Source: Candidatus Falkowbacteria bacterium (GTDB taxonomy: Bacteria; Patescibacteriota; Patescibacteriia; Patescibacteriales; UBA12465). Taken from it: 64,000 nt of DNA. How positions within the stretch are numbered: position 1 is the first letter of the stretch; each line of letters starts with the position of its first letter. A model generated the notes under the pieces. The model saw only the letters and a program-made list of their open reading frames with translations. It made no database searches and was not told where the DNA came from. Below, piece by piece: positions 34,966 through 44,435 of this stretch. The stretch is taken from contig JBAXJX010000002.1 of assembly GCA_037137655.1 (NCBI GenBank), forward strand, positions 37,730-101,729, given 5' to 3'. The position numbers and the translations under genes were made by a program.

Positions 34966-36960
34966 CTATTTAATCAAGAAACCAATGATCAACAAAGCTA
35001 CGATGTTTAAAATTTTAATCATCGGGTTAATTGCTGGACCAGCAGTATCTTTGTAAGGATCACCCACAGTGTCACCAGTCACAGCTGCTTTGTGCGCATC
35101 TGAACCTTTACCACCGAAATGACCTAACTCAATATATTTCTTAGCATTATCCCAAGCACCTCCACCGGAAGTCATAGAGATAGCCACGAAGATACCAGTG
35201 ATAATTGAACCAACTAATAATCCACCTAAAGCTTCGATACCTAAACCGAAACCAACGATGATTGGCACAACAACCGGAATTAAAGCTGGCAAAATCATTT
35301 CTTTAATTGCCGCTTTAGTTACGATATCAACAGTGCGACCGTAATCTGGTTTTTGAGTATAATCCATGATACCTGGTTTTTCTTTAAATTGAGCGCGAAC
35401 ATCTTCTACTACTTTACCCGCTGTTTTACCAACAGCTTGCATCGCCAAAGCACCGAAGTAATAAGGCAACAAACCACCGATAAATAATCCAACTAACACA
35501 CGTGGACTATCAATCAAGAAAGGAATTGAAGCACCTTTAGCGGCTAATGTGTGAGTGAAGTCAGCGAACAATACTAGAGCAGCTAGAGCAGCTGAACCAA
35601 TAGCATAACCTTTAGTCACAGCTTTTGTAGTATTACCAACAGCATCTAGTGGATCAGTGATGTTACGAACATCATCTCCCAATTCAGCCATCTCCGCGAT
35701 ACCACCAGCATTATCAGTGATTGGACCGTAAGCATCAATTGTAACAATGATACCGGCCATTGATAACATAGCCATAGCAGCTAAAGCGACACCGTATAAA
35801 CCAGCTAATTCGTAAGCACCTAAAATCGCTGCGGCAATAACCAACACTGGCATCATAGTTGATTTCATCGAAACTGCTAAACCAGCAATCACGTTAGTAC
35901 CATGACCAGTCTTAGAAGCTTCAGCAATAGATTTCACTGGAGCAAAAGCAGTGGAAGTAAAGTATTCAGTAATGAACACTAACAAACCGGTTACAGCTAA
36001 ACCAATTAAAGTGGCGAAGTATAAATTCCAAACACCGTAAGTACCATTATCTTCCATTAACCATTTTGTAATTGGGTAAAAAGCAATCGCGCTTAAAACA
36101 CCAGCAGCAATTAAACCTTTATATAAAGCTTGCATGATATTTTGATTTTTTCCTAAACGGATAAAGAAAATACCAATAATAGAAGCTACGATTGAAACAG
36201 CACCCAAAACTAATGGGAATAAAACTGCAGTTGAAGAAACACCGAAAAATAGTGAACCCAAAACCATAGTCGCAATCGAAGTAACAGAATAAGTTTCAAA
36301 TAAATCAGCAGCCATACCAGCACAATCACCCACGTTATCACCAACGTTATCAGCAATAACAGCTGGGTTACGTGGATCGTCCTCTGGAATGTTAGCTTCA
36401 ACTTTACCAACTAAATCAGCTCCAACATCGGCTGCTTTAGTGTAAATACCACCGCCCAAACGAGCAAAGATAGAAATAAGTGAACCACCAAAACCAAGAC
36501 CGATCAAAGCTGATAGATCTTTAGTGATCATGTAGAAACCAGCCGTACCGATAAGCGCTAAACCAACCACCAACATGCCAGTGATTGAACCGCCTTTAAC
36601 AGCCACGTTTAAGGCTTTAGACATACCACCACGAGCCGCTTCAGTTGTTTTAACATTGGCACGCACTGAAATGAACATACCGATGTAACCAGTTAAAGCG
36701 GAAAGACCAGCACCGATTAAAAAAGCGATAGCTGTTGTCCAGTTTAAAAGTGAACCAAGCAAACAAAAAACTACTACAGCTACCATAGCCACAGTTTTGT
36801 ATTGACGATTTAAGAAAGCGTTAGCACCTTCTTGAATCGCTTTAGCAATTTCTTGCATTTTTTCGTTACCATTTGGCAATTTTAAAATCGCTAAACTGGC
36901 AACCGCACCATAGACGATAGCGGCTAATGCGCCACCGATAATAATTAGGTTTATTATCAT
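34966..36960 (-). CDS. hppA: Membrane-bound proton/sodium-translocating pyrophosphatase
   Basis: 664 aa, polytopic. Signature [41 protein letters not shown] and [14 protein letters not shown]. Confidence 0.95.
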   Translation of the reverse strand: MIINLIIIGGALAAIVYGAVASLAILKLPNGNEKMQEIAKAIQEGANAFLNRQYKTVAMVAVVVFCLLGSLLNWTTAIAFLIGAGLSALTGYIGMFISVRANVKTTEAARGGMSKALNVAVKGGSITGMLVVGLALIGTAGFYMITKDLSALIGLGFGGSLISIFARLGGGIYTKAADVGADLVGKVEANIPEDDPRNPAVIADNVGDNVGDCAGMAADLFETYSVTSIATMVLGSLFFGVSSTAVLFPLVLGAVSIVASIIGIFFIRLGKNQNIMQALYKGLIAAGVLSAIAFYPITKWLMEDNGTYGVWNLYFATLIGLAVTGLLVFITEYFTSTAFAPVKSIAEASKTGHGTNVIAGLAVSMKSTMMPVLVIAAAILGAYELAGLYGVALAAMAMLSMAGIIVTIDAYGPITDNAGGIAEMAELGDDVRNITDPLDAVGNTTKAVTKGYAIGSAALAALVLFADFTHTLAAKGASIPFLIDSPRVLVGLFIGGLLPYYFGALAMQAVGKTAGKVVEDVRAQFKEKPGIMDYTQKPDYGRTVDIVTKAAIKEMILPALIPVVVPIIVGFGLGIEALGGLLVGSIITGIFVAISMTSGGGAWDNAKKYIELGHFGGKGSDAHKAAVTGDTVGDPYKDTAGPAINPMIKILNIVALLIIGFLIK

Positions 36961-37029
36961 ATGTGATTTGGTCGTTAATTCATATTTGCCACCAAGCGGA
37001 CAAATTATGTTTCAACGCTTAAATTAAAT

Positions 37030-38316
37030 TTATTTTTTAGCCGCTTTTTTAGTAGCAACTTTTTTAACTTTTTTTTCTTCAACTGGAGTTTCAGTTGTAG
37101 CTTCTTCGGCCGCAATTTCTTTCTCAATTTCAGCTTCAAGCTCTGCTGGAATTTCTCCCACGATTTCACCGCTAGCATCAGCCTCAACTAAAATTTCTTC
37201 ACTGCCTTCACCAGGAACGATATCAATTTTCCAACCAGTCAACTTCGCCGCTAAGCGCACGTTTTGACCGTTTTTACCAATCGCCAGTGATAATTTATCC
37301 GAAGCCACTTTGGCAATCGCGCGACGAGTTACCTCATCAATCTTCATGCTAATAATTTTAGCTGGAGACAAGGCGTTGGCAATATATTTTCCTGGATCTT
37401 CATCAAATTGAATGATATCCACTTTCTCACCACCAAGTTCAGTGATAATAGTTTGGATACGAGAACCACGTTGACCAACACATGAGCCAACTGGATCAAT
37501 ATTTTCTGAGTCAGTGGAAATAGCTACTTTCGAACGAGAACCAGCTTCACGAGCCACGCTCTCAATCTTAATTAAACCGTTAGCAATTTCTGGAATTTCT
37601 AGATAGAAAACTTTTTTCAAAATTTCATCTGACTTACGTGATAAAATAACTTCCGCGCCTTTTTGACCAGAACGAACTTCTTTCACATAAATCTTTAGAC
37701 GAGCCCCAATCGGATATTGCTCACCCATGATTTGTTCTTCGGCTGGTAAAATACCAATCGCTTTACCCAAATCAACAAAAACCAAACGGCCTTCTTGGCG
37801 CTGCACAATACCATTAATAACTTCATGTTCGCGATCCTTAAACTCAGTAAACACCATGTCGCGTTCCACTTCACGTAATTTTTGAATAATAACTTGTTTT
37901 GCGGTTTGTGCTGCCATGCGACCGTAATCTGATGGTTCTGGTAATTCCACAATCACTTCTTCACCCAAAATAACATCGGGTTTAATCATGACCGCGTCTT
38001 TTATTTGTAATTCTGTTTTTGGATTAAAACGATGTTTTTCCTCTTCACCTTCCACATACTCATGTTCTGGTAATGGTTCCCCGGCTAACATCGCCGCTTC
38101 TTCTTCAGCTGGCAAATCATCAACCACCATTTTCACATCGAAAATTTTAGAATGTCCGGTTTCCGGATTAAACTTAACTTTTATATTTTGATTTTTTTGA
38201 CCAAAGTCTTTGCGATAAGCCGCTGCAAGAGCTAACTCAATCGTGCTAACCACGGCGTCAAAATCCAATTTCTTCTCTTCACATATCTGCTTGATAGCAT
38301 TTGATATTTCTGACAT
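37030..38316 (-). CDS. nusA: Transcription termination/antitermination factor NusA with a K/E-rich tail
   Basis: N-terminal domain, S1 domain, two KH domains (GSCVGQRGSRIQ, LAIGKNGQNVRLAAKLTGWKIDI). Confidence 0.93.
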   Translation of the reverse strand: MSEISNAIKQICEEKKLDFDAVVSTIELALAAAYRKDFGQKNQNIKVKFNPETGHSKIFDVKMVVDDLPAEEEAAMLAGEPLPEHEYVEGEEEKHRFNPKTELQIKDAVMIKPDVILGEEVIVELPEPSDYGRMAAQTAKQVIIQKLREVERDMVFTEFKDREHEVINGIVQRQEGRLVFVDLGKAIGILPAEEQIMGEQYPIGARLKIYVKEVRSGQKGAEVILSRKSDEILKKVFYLEIPEIANGLIKIESVAREAGSRSKVAISTDSENIDPVGSCVGQRGSRIQTIITELGGEKVDIIQFDEDPGKYIANALSPAKIISMKIDEVTRRAIAKVASDKLSLAIGKNGQNVRLAAKLTGWKIDIVPGEGSEEILVEADASGEIVGEIPAELEAEIEKEIAAEEATTETPVEEKKVKKVATKKAAKK

Positions 38317-38371
38317 ATTTTTTTATCCGTCATTCCGGACTTAATCCGAAATCTGGGATTTTTTTATTAAA

Positions 38372-38399
38372 AAGGCTAATTGTAAATTAACAATTAGCC
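38372..38399 (-). promoter_or_regulatory. Leader hairpin (possible attenuator) in the nusA 5' UTR
   Basis: On the minus strand, AGGCTAATTGT-loop-ACAATTAGCCT followed by TTTTAAT. A second hairpin ATTTCGGA/TCCGGAAT lies closer to the ATG. Confidence 0.3.
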
Positions 38400-38406
38400 T
38401 ATAGTT

Positions 38407-38435
38407 ATAATAGCATGGGGCAGAAAAGATGTCAA
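38407..38435 (-). promoter_or_regulatory. Promoter of nusA
   Basis: On the minus strand, TTGACA, 17-nt spacer ending in TGC, TATTAT. Confidence 0.6.
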
Positions 38436-38451
38436 AATGAACCAGAACAAT

Positions 38452-38485
38452 AAAAAAGCCGACTATTTGCGTAGTCGGCTTTTTT
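38452..38485 (-). terminator. Repeated terminator hairpin, copy 1
   Basis: AAAAAAGCCGACTA-tttgcg-TAGTCGGCTTTTTT, downstream of the 38508 ORF. Confidence 0.75.
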
Positions 38486-38507
38486 ATATTAACTCTAGAT
38501 TATTTAT

Positions 38508-39173
38508 TTAATAATCCCAACCAAAAAATGGTGCTAAGAATGTAAAGATTAACCCCAAAACACTAAGAAGCGTCATTATACCGAATATAACAACAACAGC
38601 CTTTTCGCCACCACTATAGGATTTTTTATTTCCAATGTTTGGATTTATTTTTTCATTATTAAAATTTATAGCTTTTTGAACTTCAATTAGAGGCAATAAG
38701 TATAAAAAACCAAGCACATACAGTGTTAACGGAATAAAACTGTTTAGCGTGTTAATACTAATCTGGCCGTTTTTAACAGCATCCTCAAAAAGACTTGAAA
38801 CGCCTGAGAATAAACCACCAATAATTAAAAATAGCCAAGCATAATAATAGCCGCTTTTTTTACTATTATATCCATGTTTATTAGCTTGAATAATAATTAT
38901 TTTAAAAAGACCAAAAGAAAACCATGGAGCAAAAACAGTTCTCCAGAAAACTATACCTTTTCTATTTATAGCCGAAGACACTGCTTTCCAATTTTTATAA
39001 AACCAATAGATAAAATAAAGACCATTAGTTAATATTGTTAAAATTACAAACTTTTTTGGCGCCACATAGAAAAACTCAATTTTATCAAGATCACTAGCTT
39101 CTGCCACAATCTTTTTTTCTTTCTTTTGATCTAAAACGAAACTTTTTGTTTTTTGGTCATTTTTTTCTTCCAT
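38508..39173 (-). CDS. Multi-pass membrane protein, unknown function
   Basis: 221 aa with about 5 hydrophobic helices. The motif GLYFIYWFYKNWKAV is reminiscent of DUF4234-type proteins. Confidence 0.65.
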   Translation of the reverse strand: MEEKNDQKTKSFVLDQKKEKKIVAEASDLDKIEFFYVAPKKFVILTILTNGLYFIYWFYKNWKAVSSAINRKGIVFWRTVFAPWFSFGLFKIIIIQANKHGYNSKKSGYYYAWLFLIIGGLFSGVSSLFEDAVKNGQISINTLNSFIPLTLYVLGFLYLLPLIEVQKAINFNNEKINPNIGNKKSYSGGEKAVVVIFGIMTLLSVLGLIFTFLAPFFGWDY

Positions 39174-39204
39174 AAAATAATTTTTAATTTATTATACCTA
39201 TATC

Positions 39205-40044
39205 TTACTCTTTCTTATCAATCTTCCCAATTTCCAAGGCGCTGGTTAATTGGGTTAATAAATCTGAAGTTTTGTTAACGCTCGTGTCCATGAAAATTAC
39301 TTTACTATTATCATTTAAGCCAATAGTTTTTAAAGTGTCCAAATATTGAGTTAGGGTTAATAATGATAATATTTCAGCTGAGCTTTGGTTGGTTGTGCCG
39401 CGGACAATTTCCACGGATTCTTTCAAACCTTTAGCAATCGCTTCGCGCTCCATAGCAATACCTTCACCTTGCAAACGCTTGCGTTCTCTTTCGCCTTCCG
39501 CCTCTTTCACGGCTTGAATTTTAGAAGCTTCACCTTTATTTTCGGCGGCTTTTTTTAATTGCTCCGAAGCCACGACTTCCGACATGGCCTGGGTAATTGT
39601 TTCCGGGAAACTCACGCTCGTAATTTGAAAACTGTAAACAATCATACCCCATTCGGCAAATTGTTTTTCGACGTCGCCACGAATGTGGGCGGCCAATTCT
39701 TCTTTCTTTTCCAAAATTCCTTCGTGCGTTTCTTTGGCAATATAGGTACGTAAAGAATTTTCAATGATCGCGCCAATTGATTCATCGCGATTAGTTAAAG
39801 TATAAGTATAAAGTTTAATACCGTCTAAAGCAGTTTGGACTGAGTAGATTAAATTGGTAGTAATATCCACGATCACTTTATCTTTCGATGGATAAAATCC
39901 TTTTAACGCAAAATTTTGTTGACGCAAAGTCACACGCGCCGCCACTCGTTCCAAAACTGGGATTTTCCAATTTAAACCAGCACTCATCACCCGTTTAAAT
40001 TTACCCAAAAATTCAATTACTAAAACGGTGTTTTGTCCGACCAC
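39205..40044 (-). CDS. SPFH/band-7 (stomatin/prohibitin-like) protein; true start probably further upstream
   Basis: SPFH core (VLVIEFLGKFKRVMSAGLNW...) and a coiled-coil tail. The track start is a GTG. An in-frame TM helix is encoded upstream of it without a canonical start codon. Confidence 0.8.
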   Translation of the reverse strand: MVGQNTVLVIEFLGKFKRVMSAGLNWKIPVLERVAARVTLRQQNFALKGFYPSKDKVIVDITTNLIYSVQTALDGIKLYTYTLTNRDESIGAIIENSLRTYIAKETHEGILEKKEELAAHIRGDVEKQFAEWGMIVYSFQITSVSFPETITQAMSEVVASEQLKKAAENKGEASKIQAVKEAEGERERKRLQGEGIAMEREAIAKGLKESVEIVRGTTNQSSAEILSLLTLTQYLDTLKTIGLNDNSKVIFMDTSVNKTSDLLTQLTSALEIGKIDKKE

Positions 40045-40170
40045 GCGGATAGAAGAAATAGCAATGAAAAATAAAATGACTAAAGCAATGATGTAAAATT
40101 ACATATTTATTTATTAATTATAAGTAGCTACATTGTAACATAAAAATAGAAAAAAGTAAATAGATGATAT

Positions 40171-40204
40171 AAAAAAGCCGACTATTTTGGTAGTCGGCTT
40201 TTTA
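40171..40204 (-). terminator. Repeated terminator hairpin, copy 2
   Basis: AAAAAAGCCGACTA-ttttgg-TAGTCGGCTTTTT, downstream of the 40215 ORF. Confidence 0.75.
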
Positions 40205-40214
40205 AGAGATAATC

Positions 40215-41606
40215 TTATTTTGTGATTGGAATTTTGCGAATATTAGTATTGGCAATTCCTAATGATAAATAGCGCATTACTTGATAAGCGGCGTCGCCAT
40301 TACCCAAATAATACCGTTTACCATCAGCTGGATTTATATACCAAGATTCACCATGACTTTGAGTTTGAAGAACTATGCGACCCTTTAATTTATTATCTAA
40401 AGCGGTAGAATAAGTCATTTTACCGGCGCCAAGTGGATTATATCCGCCCTTAACTTCAGTGCCATCACTAAAGCCATCGCCATCAGTATCAGCCTTAGTC
40501 GGGTCAGTTCCGAGTGCCACCTCAACAGCATCTGGCAAACCGTCGCCATCAGTATCAGTCATACTAATACGTGAATCAATGCCCACTGGAATTTTAGTAA
40601 TATCCACATTTTTAACACCAAGGCCAAATTTACGCAAAGCCGTGTAAGCGCTTTGACCATCAGCCAAATAATAACGAGTCAAAGAAACTGGATCGACATA
40701 CCAAGCCTGGCCATTAGTTTCGGTCTGTAAAATAATTCGACCAAGTAAGCGTTTAACCAATTTTGGATCTGGTTTTGCTAAAAATTTCTTTTCCTCGGCA
40801 ATTACTTTTAAGATTTTTTCTACTGGGACTTTTACAATATTTATTAAAGTAGTGTCACTAGAGCTATCGCTAGAGTCAACTGCAGTTGTTGTTGCTACCA
40901 CATCGTCAATCACAATATCAGTCGTAGTTGCGCCGCAATATTTTGTTTGAGCCGCTAACTGTGTAGCATCAGGAATACAAGTTGTTGGAGCTTGGTTAAT
41001 AATAGTACGGACTTGCTTACCATTAGCGCAAGAACCCCAATCAGAATAAGTTATAGCCACACAATTAGAGGAAACCGTTGGGGCTCCGCCTCCACCACCC
41101 CCGCCTCCACCGGAACTTTGAGCTACACAGACAGCGCTCGCACCACTACCAGAAACGGTGTAACCAGAAGCACAAGCGGCCGCACCACAAGCTGAATTAT
41201 AAGAACTTGAATTGGATAAATTAATATTGGACGGCTCAACTGAATAAGTACTGGCGGTAGTTGGTAAGGATACGTAACTCGTGCCAGGATTAGCATTCTT
41301 CACGCAAGCCACAACCGTCGAAGACGAATTCAAAACCCGAATAGCTTTTACCAAGGAATCACCAGAACCAACTTTAAAAATATTAATAGCATCAGGATTA
41401 ATTACGGTAAAAGCTCCACTATTATAACTATAGCTTTCCGCACTAGAGCTAGCCATAATTAATAAATCGGCTGTACTGGAACCAAAAGTAACACTAGACA
41501 CTGTAATGTTGTTGCTAGATAAAAAATCATTACTAGCGGCTAAAGCTGGCAAAGAAAAAATTAACAAAGCTCCCAAAATAAAACTTAAAGATTTTATTTT
41601 TGTCAT
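40215..41606 (-). CDS. Secreted repeat protein with thrombospondin-type-3-like Ca-binding motifs
   Basis: The ATG at 41606 gives the signal peptide MTKIKSLSFILGALLIFSLPALA. Also a G-run linker, DTDGDGLPD and DTDGDGFSDGTE, and two modules of about 50 aa (GRIILQTETNGQAWYVDP.. and GRIVLQTQSHGESWYINP..). Confidence 0.75.
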   Translation of the reverse strand: MTKIKSLSFILGALLIFSLPALAASNDFLSSNNITVSSVTFGSSTADLLIMASSSAESYSYNSGAFTVINPDAINIFKVGSGDSLVKAIRVLNSSSTVVACVKNANPGTSYVSLPTTASTYSVEPSNINLSNSSSYNSACGAAACASGYTVSGSGASAVCVAQSSGGGGGGGGGAPTVSSNCVAITYSDWGSCANGKQVRTIINQAPTTCIPDATQLAAQTKYCGATTTDIVIDDVVATTTAVDSSDSSSDTTLINIVKVPVEKILKVIAEEKKFLAKPDPKLVKRLLGRIILQTETNGQAWYVDPVSLTRYYLADGQSAYTALRKFGLGVKNVDITKIPVGIDSRISMTDTDGDGLPDAVEVALGTDPTKADTDGDGFSDGTEVKGGYNPLGAGKMTYSTALDNKLKGRIVLQTQSHGESWYINPADGKRYYLGNGDAAYQVMRYLSLGIANTNIRKIPITK

Positions 41607-41611
41607 ATTAT

Positions 41612-42571
41612 TTATTCGCAAGAAGTCTGTGAACAAGTCAAAGATCCATTTAATACTGTGCAATAAGTCCAGCCAGCACCATCGCTATCGCGCAATTTAA
41701 GACAAGAGCCTTTTGTAGAATGATCGCTTCCGCCAACTTCCACAGTACTTGTACCATAATCAGTATAAAAACTATTATCAACTGTCAACTTGCCACCACT
41801 AATAATCGCGCCCCCCTTTAAGTTAGACATATCGCCAACAGACATATTACCACCATCAACCCAAAATTGATTATTTGCATCACTACCAATTGTTAATTGA
41901 TGTGCCGGTGTAGTTGTGCCGATACCAACATTACCTTCAGGAAAACTAACGCTTGAGATTCCTAAGATTCCATTTCTTCTAACCTCTAACCAAGAATGGT
42001 CACCATTCGCCCAACCATCTTCGGCTGCAGCACCTCTAAGCACACTATTATTCGCATATAATATCCAATTTTTATTATCAGTCGAAGCTACAGATTCAGA
42101 AAGCTCAAGTGCTGGATTTCTACCCTCAATTCTAAATGTAGCATTGCCGAACACAGCATTATTAAGATCGCCAAATAAATGTAATTGGGTTTGTGGCGTG
42201 GTAGTACCAATGCCAACATTACCAGAACTTATATATGAATCACCATCAGAATTTATTCTAAAAGAAGATGTGGCTGTACCATATGCATGAATATCTTTAT
42301 TACTTATTTCAACTTGATGAAAACCATCATTATATTTTCTGACTTGAAGAGCATTTGCAGAATTTCCCAATATAATAGATGGGTACATCACACCGCTAAA
42401 CAAAATGTTTCCACCATCTATTTGAAGACTATCAGTCGGCGTCGTTGTTCCGATACCAATATAACCACTCGTAGTAATATTATTACCGATCACAGTGGCC
42501 GCTTTTACTGAAGCCACGACACATAAAAGTCCGGCAATTGTAAAAAGAAAAACTTTCGCTTTTTTATTCAT
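41612..42571 (-). CDS. Secreted protein with three (V/Y)GIGTTTP repeats (tail-fibre-like)
   Basis: Signal peptide MNKKAKVFLFTIAGLLCVVASVKA. Repeats GYIGIGTTTPTDSLQI, GNVGIGTTTPQTQLHL and GNVGIGTTTPAHQLTI. Confidence 0.75.
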   Translation of the reverse strand: MNKKAKVFLFTIAGLLCVVASVKAATVIGNNITTSGYIGIGTTTPTDSLQIDGGNILFSGVMYPSIILGNSANALQVRKYNDGFHQVEISNKDIHAYGTATSSFRINSDGDSYISSGNVGIGTTTPQTQLHLFGDLNNAVFGNATFRIEGRNPALELSESVASTDNKNWILYANNSVLRGAAAEDGWANGDHSWLEVRRNGILGISSVSFPEGNVGIGTTTPAHQLTIGSDANNQFWVDGGNMSVGDMSNLKGGAIISGGKLTVDNSFYTDYGTSTVEVGGSDHSTKGSCLKLRDSDGAGWTYCTVLNGSLTCSQTSCE

Positions 42572-42660
42572 AAATAAAAAATTATTTTATAAAATTAGCT
42601 AAAAAATTATAGCTATTTTAATTATACCCCCCCCCTGTAAAAAAACAAGTATTACACAAT

Positions 42661-42690
42661 AAAAAAGCCGACTATTTGCGTAGTCGGCTT
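42661..42690 (-). terminator. Repeated terminator hairpin, copy 3
   Basis: AAAAAAGCCGACTA-tttgcg-TAGTCGGCTT, downstream of the 42710 ORF. Confidence 0.7.
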
Positions 42691-42709
42691 CGAGGATTTT
42701 GTGGTTTTA

Positions 42710-43324
42710 TTATTTTGTTACGGTTAAACCAATTAACATGCGGTCTTGCCAAGTAGATTTCTTAATATTATCATCAGTGATTTTGCGTAAATAAGTTATT
42801 TTTACATCCATTTCTTCTGGATAATAATAAGTATTCCACTCCCTTGCTTTATTTTCAGCTAATTCAACAATATACTCATAAATATCCGTAAAATTTTCGA
42901 ACATATTGGTTTTAGCCACATCCATAAAACTAAAAGTTATTTTTTCCACTGGAACATGCACAACCGGTTTCTTCTCTGGCTTTTTAATGCCAATCGAATT
43001 ATAACGGATTAATTTAGAAATGTTATACCTTTCATTAGCTAGCGCCATTTCATCTCTAATTTTCTCCGGCTTAATGAATTCAATTTCCATAATTGAAACA
43101 CTGGATAACAATTCATTAACAAGTTCTTTTATTTGCGTAACTCTTTCTTGTCGTTCTTTCTGCAAATCAACCGCCACTTGCTCTGATTTTAGAATAACTT
43201 GTGGTTTTTTATTTTTATACACCGTCTTATATTCACTCAAGGCGATAGATTCAATCATTATTTTATAAAAATAAGCTGTTGCCGGATTAATACCTGCTGT
43301 CGGTTTTGAAACTGCTGTTTCCAT
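42710..43324 (-). CDS. Hypothetical protein (204 aa)
   Basis: ATG start. No recognisable domain. Confidence 0.6.
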   Translation of the reverse strand: METAVSKPTAGINPATAYFYKIMIESIALSEYKTVYKNKKPQVILKSEQVAVDLQKERQERVTQIKELVNELLSSVSIMEIEFIKPEKIRDEMALANERYNISKLIRYNSIGIKKPEKKPVVHVPVEKITFSFMDVAKTNMFENFTDIYEYIVELAENKAREWNTYYYPEEMDVKITYLRKITDDNIKKSTWQDRMLIGLTVTK

Positions 43325-43395
43325 GGTTATATATTTTAGTTAAAGAACTAGTACCTCTCTAAAATTAAACTACCCTAGAATATAATTTTTGTCAA

Positions 43396-44430
43396 CTATA
43401 TCCCCAAATCTTCCTTTAATTGAGTTATCAAATTATTTATTCTAATTAATTTTCCCTCATCGCGATTAATAACGCCACTAAACAACAAGTAGCTAATCGT
43501 ACGCATCAAAGTCCAGTTATAATAATTATCAATTCGATCCTGAAGAGAGGCATCTAACTTCTCATCCGAGTTTTTAAAATAAGTGTCCAAAAATAATTGT
43601 TTCATCTTCGAAATAAAATCATGATCCAATCCAGTGCGAACAGCCATATATTCAAACTGTTGCAAAAAACAACCTAGGTCACGAGCAAAATCAGCCGGTG
43701 ACATATCCGTAAAATCGATTGCCGCAATTTCAATATCATTTATTTTAATAATATTGCCTGGATGAGCATCACCATGAATTAGCCAGCGCTTTTCCGTTGA
43801 GGCCAAAAAATCTTCTTCTTTTTTTAAAAAGATAGCATAGGCATGTTTATAAAATTCAGAATAATGCGGATATTTGCGAGCAATATCTTTAAATAAACGA
43901 TTAACCCCCGGTAAGACACTGCGAATTCGACTATTTTCTGTACTAAAATTAAACTTTTTAATATTATCTAGTGAATGTAATTTAGCAAACCACTTAGCAC
44001 TTTGTTCCACCACTCGTGTAATTTCTACCTGGTCCTCTTTTTTAATAAAGTAGCGCAAATCCTTACCGTTTACTCCACGATAAAAAGTAGCGTTTAAATA
44101 TTCCGAGTAGAATAGTGGACGTGGAATTGATAAATGTTGACTATTAAAACCATTGTCCCACAAAAATTTTAGAGCATCATAAACGTTGCGGCGTGGTTCG
44201 TCACTATGAGCCGAATAATAAATCGGGATAGTAATTTCTCGGCCAGAAAAAGTTAAAATTCTAGTTTTAATTTGAGTGACCACATGATAAGTGTCAATCC
44301 AAATATGTTTTTTGATCGGAATAATTTCAATATCCAAAATTTCTTTTAGGCGTGGATAAAGTGGTGGTAATTTACGCCACAATAAATCGGTTAAATATTT
44401 TTTATCAAATAATTCTTCAACTCGGCTCAT
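43396..44430 (-). CDS. APH-fold phosphotransferase/kinase (possibly a sugar or maltokinase-like kinase, from context)
   Basis: Brenner motif IHGDAHPGNII plus AAIDFTDM. The ATG at 44430 avoids the overlap with the GH57 gene implied by the TTG track start (44472). Confidence 0.75.
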   Translation of the reverse strand: MSRVEELFDKKYLTDLLWRKLPPLYPRLKEILDIEIIPIKKHIWIDTYHVVTQIKTRILTFSGREITIPIYYSAHSDEPRRNVYDALKFLWDNGFNSQHLSIPRPLFYSEYLNATFYRGVNGKDLRYFIKKEDQVEITRVVEQSAKWFAKLHSLDNIKKFNFSTENSRIRSVLPGVNRLFKDIARKYPHYSEFYKHAYAIFLKKEEDFLASTEKRWLIHGDAHPGNIIKINDIEIAAIDFTDMSPADFARDLGCFLQQFEYMAVRTGLDHDFISKMKQLFLDTYFKNSDEKLDASLQDRIDNYYNWTLMRTISYLLFSGVINRDEGKLIRINNLITQLKEDLGI

Positions 44431-44435
44431 ATAAT

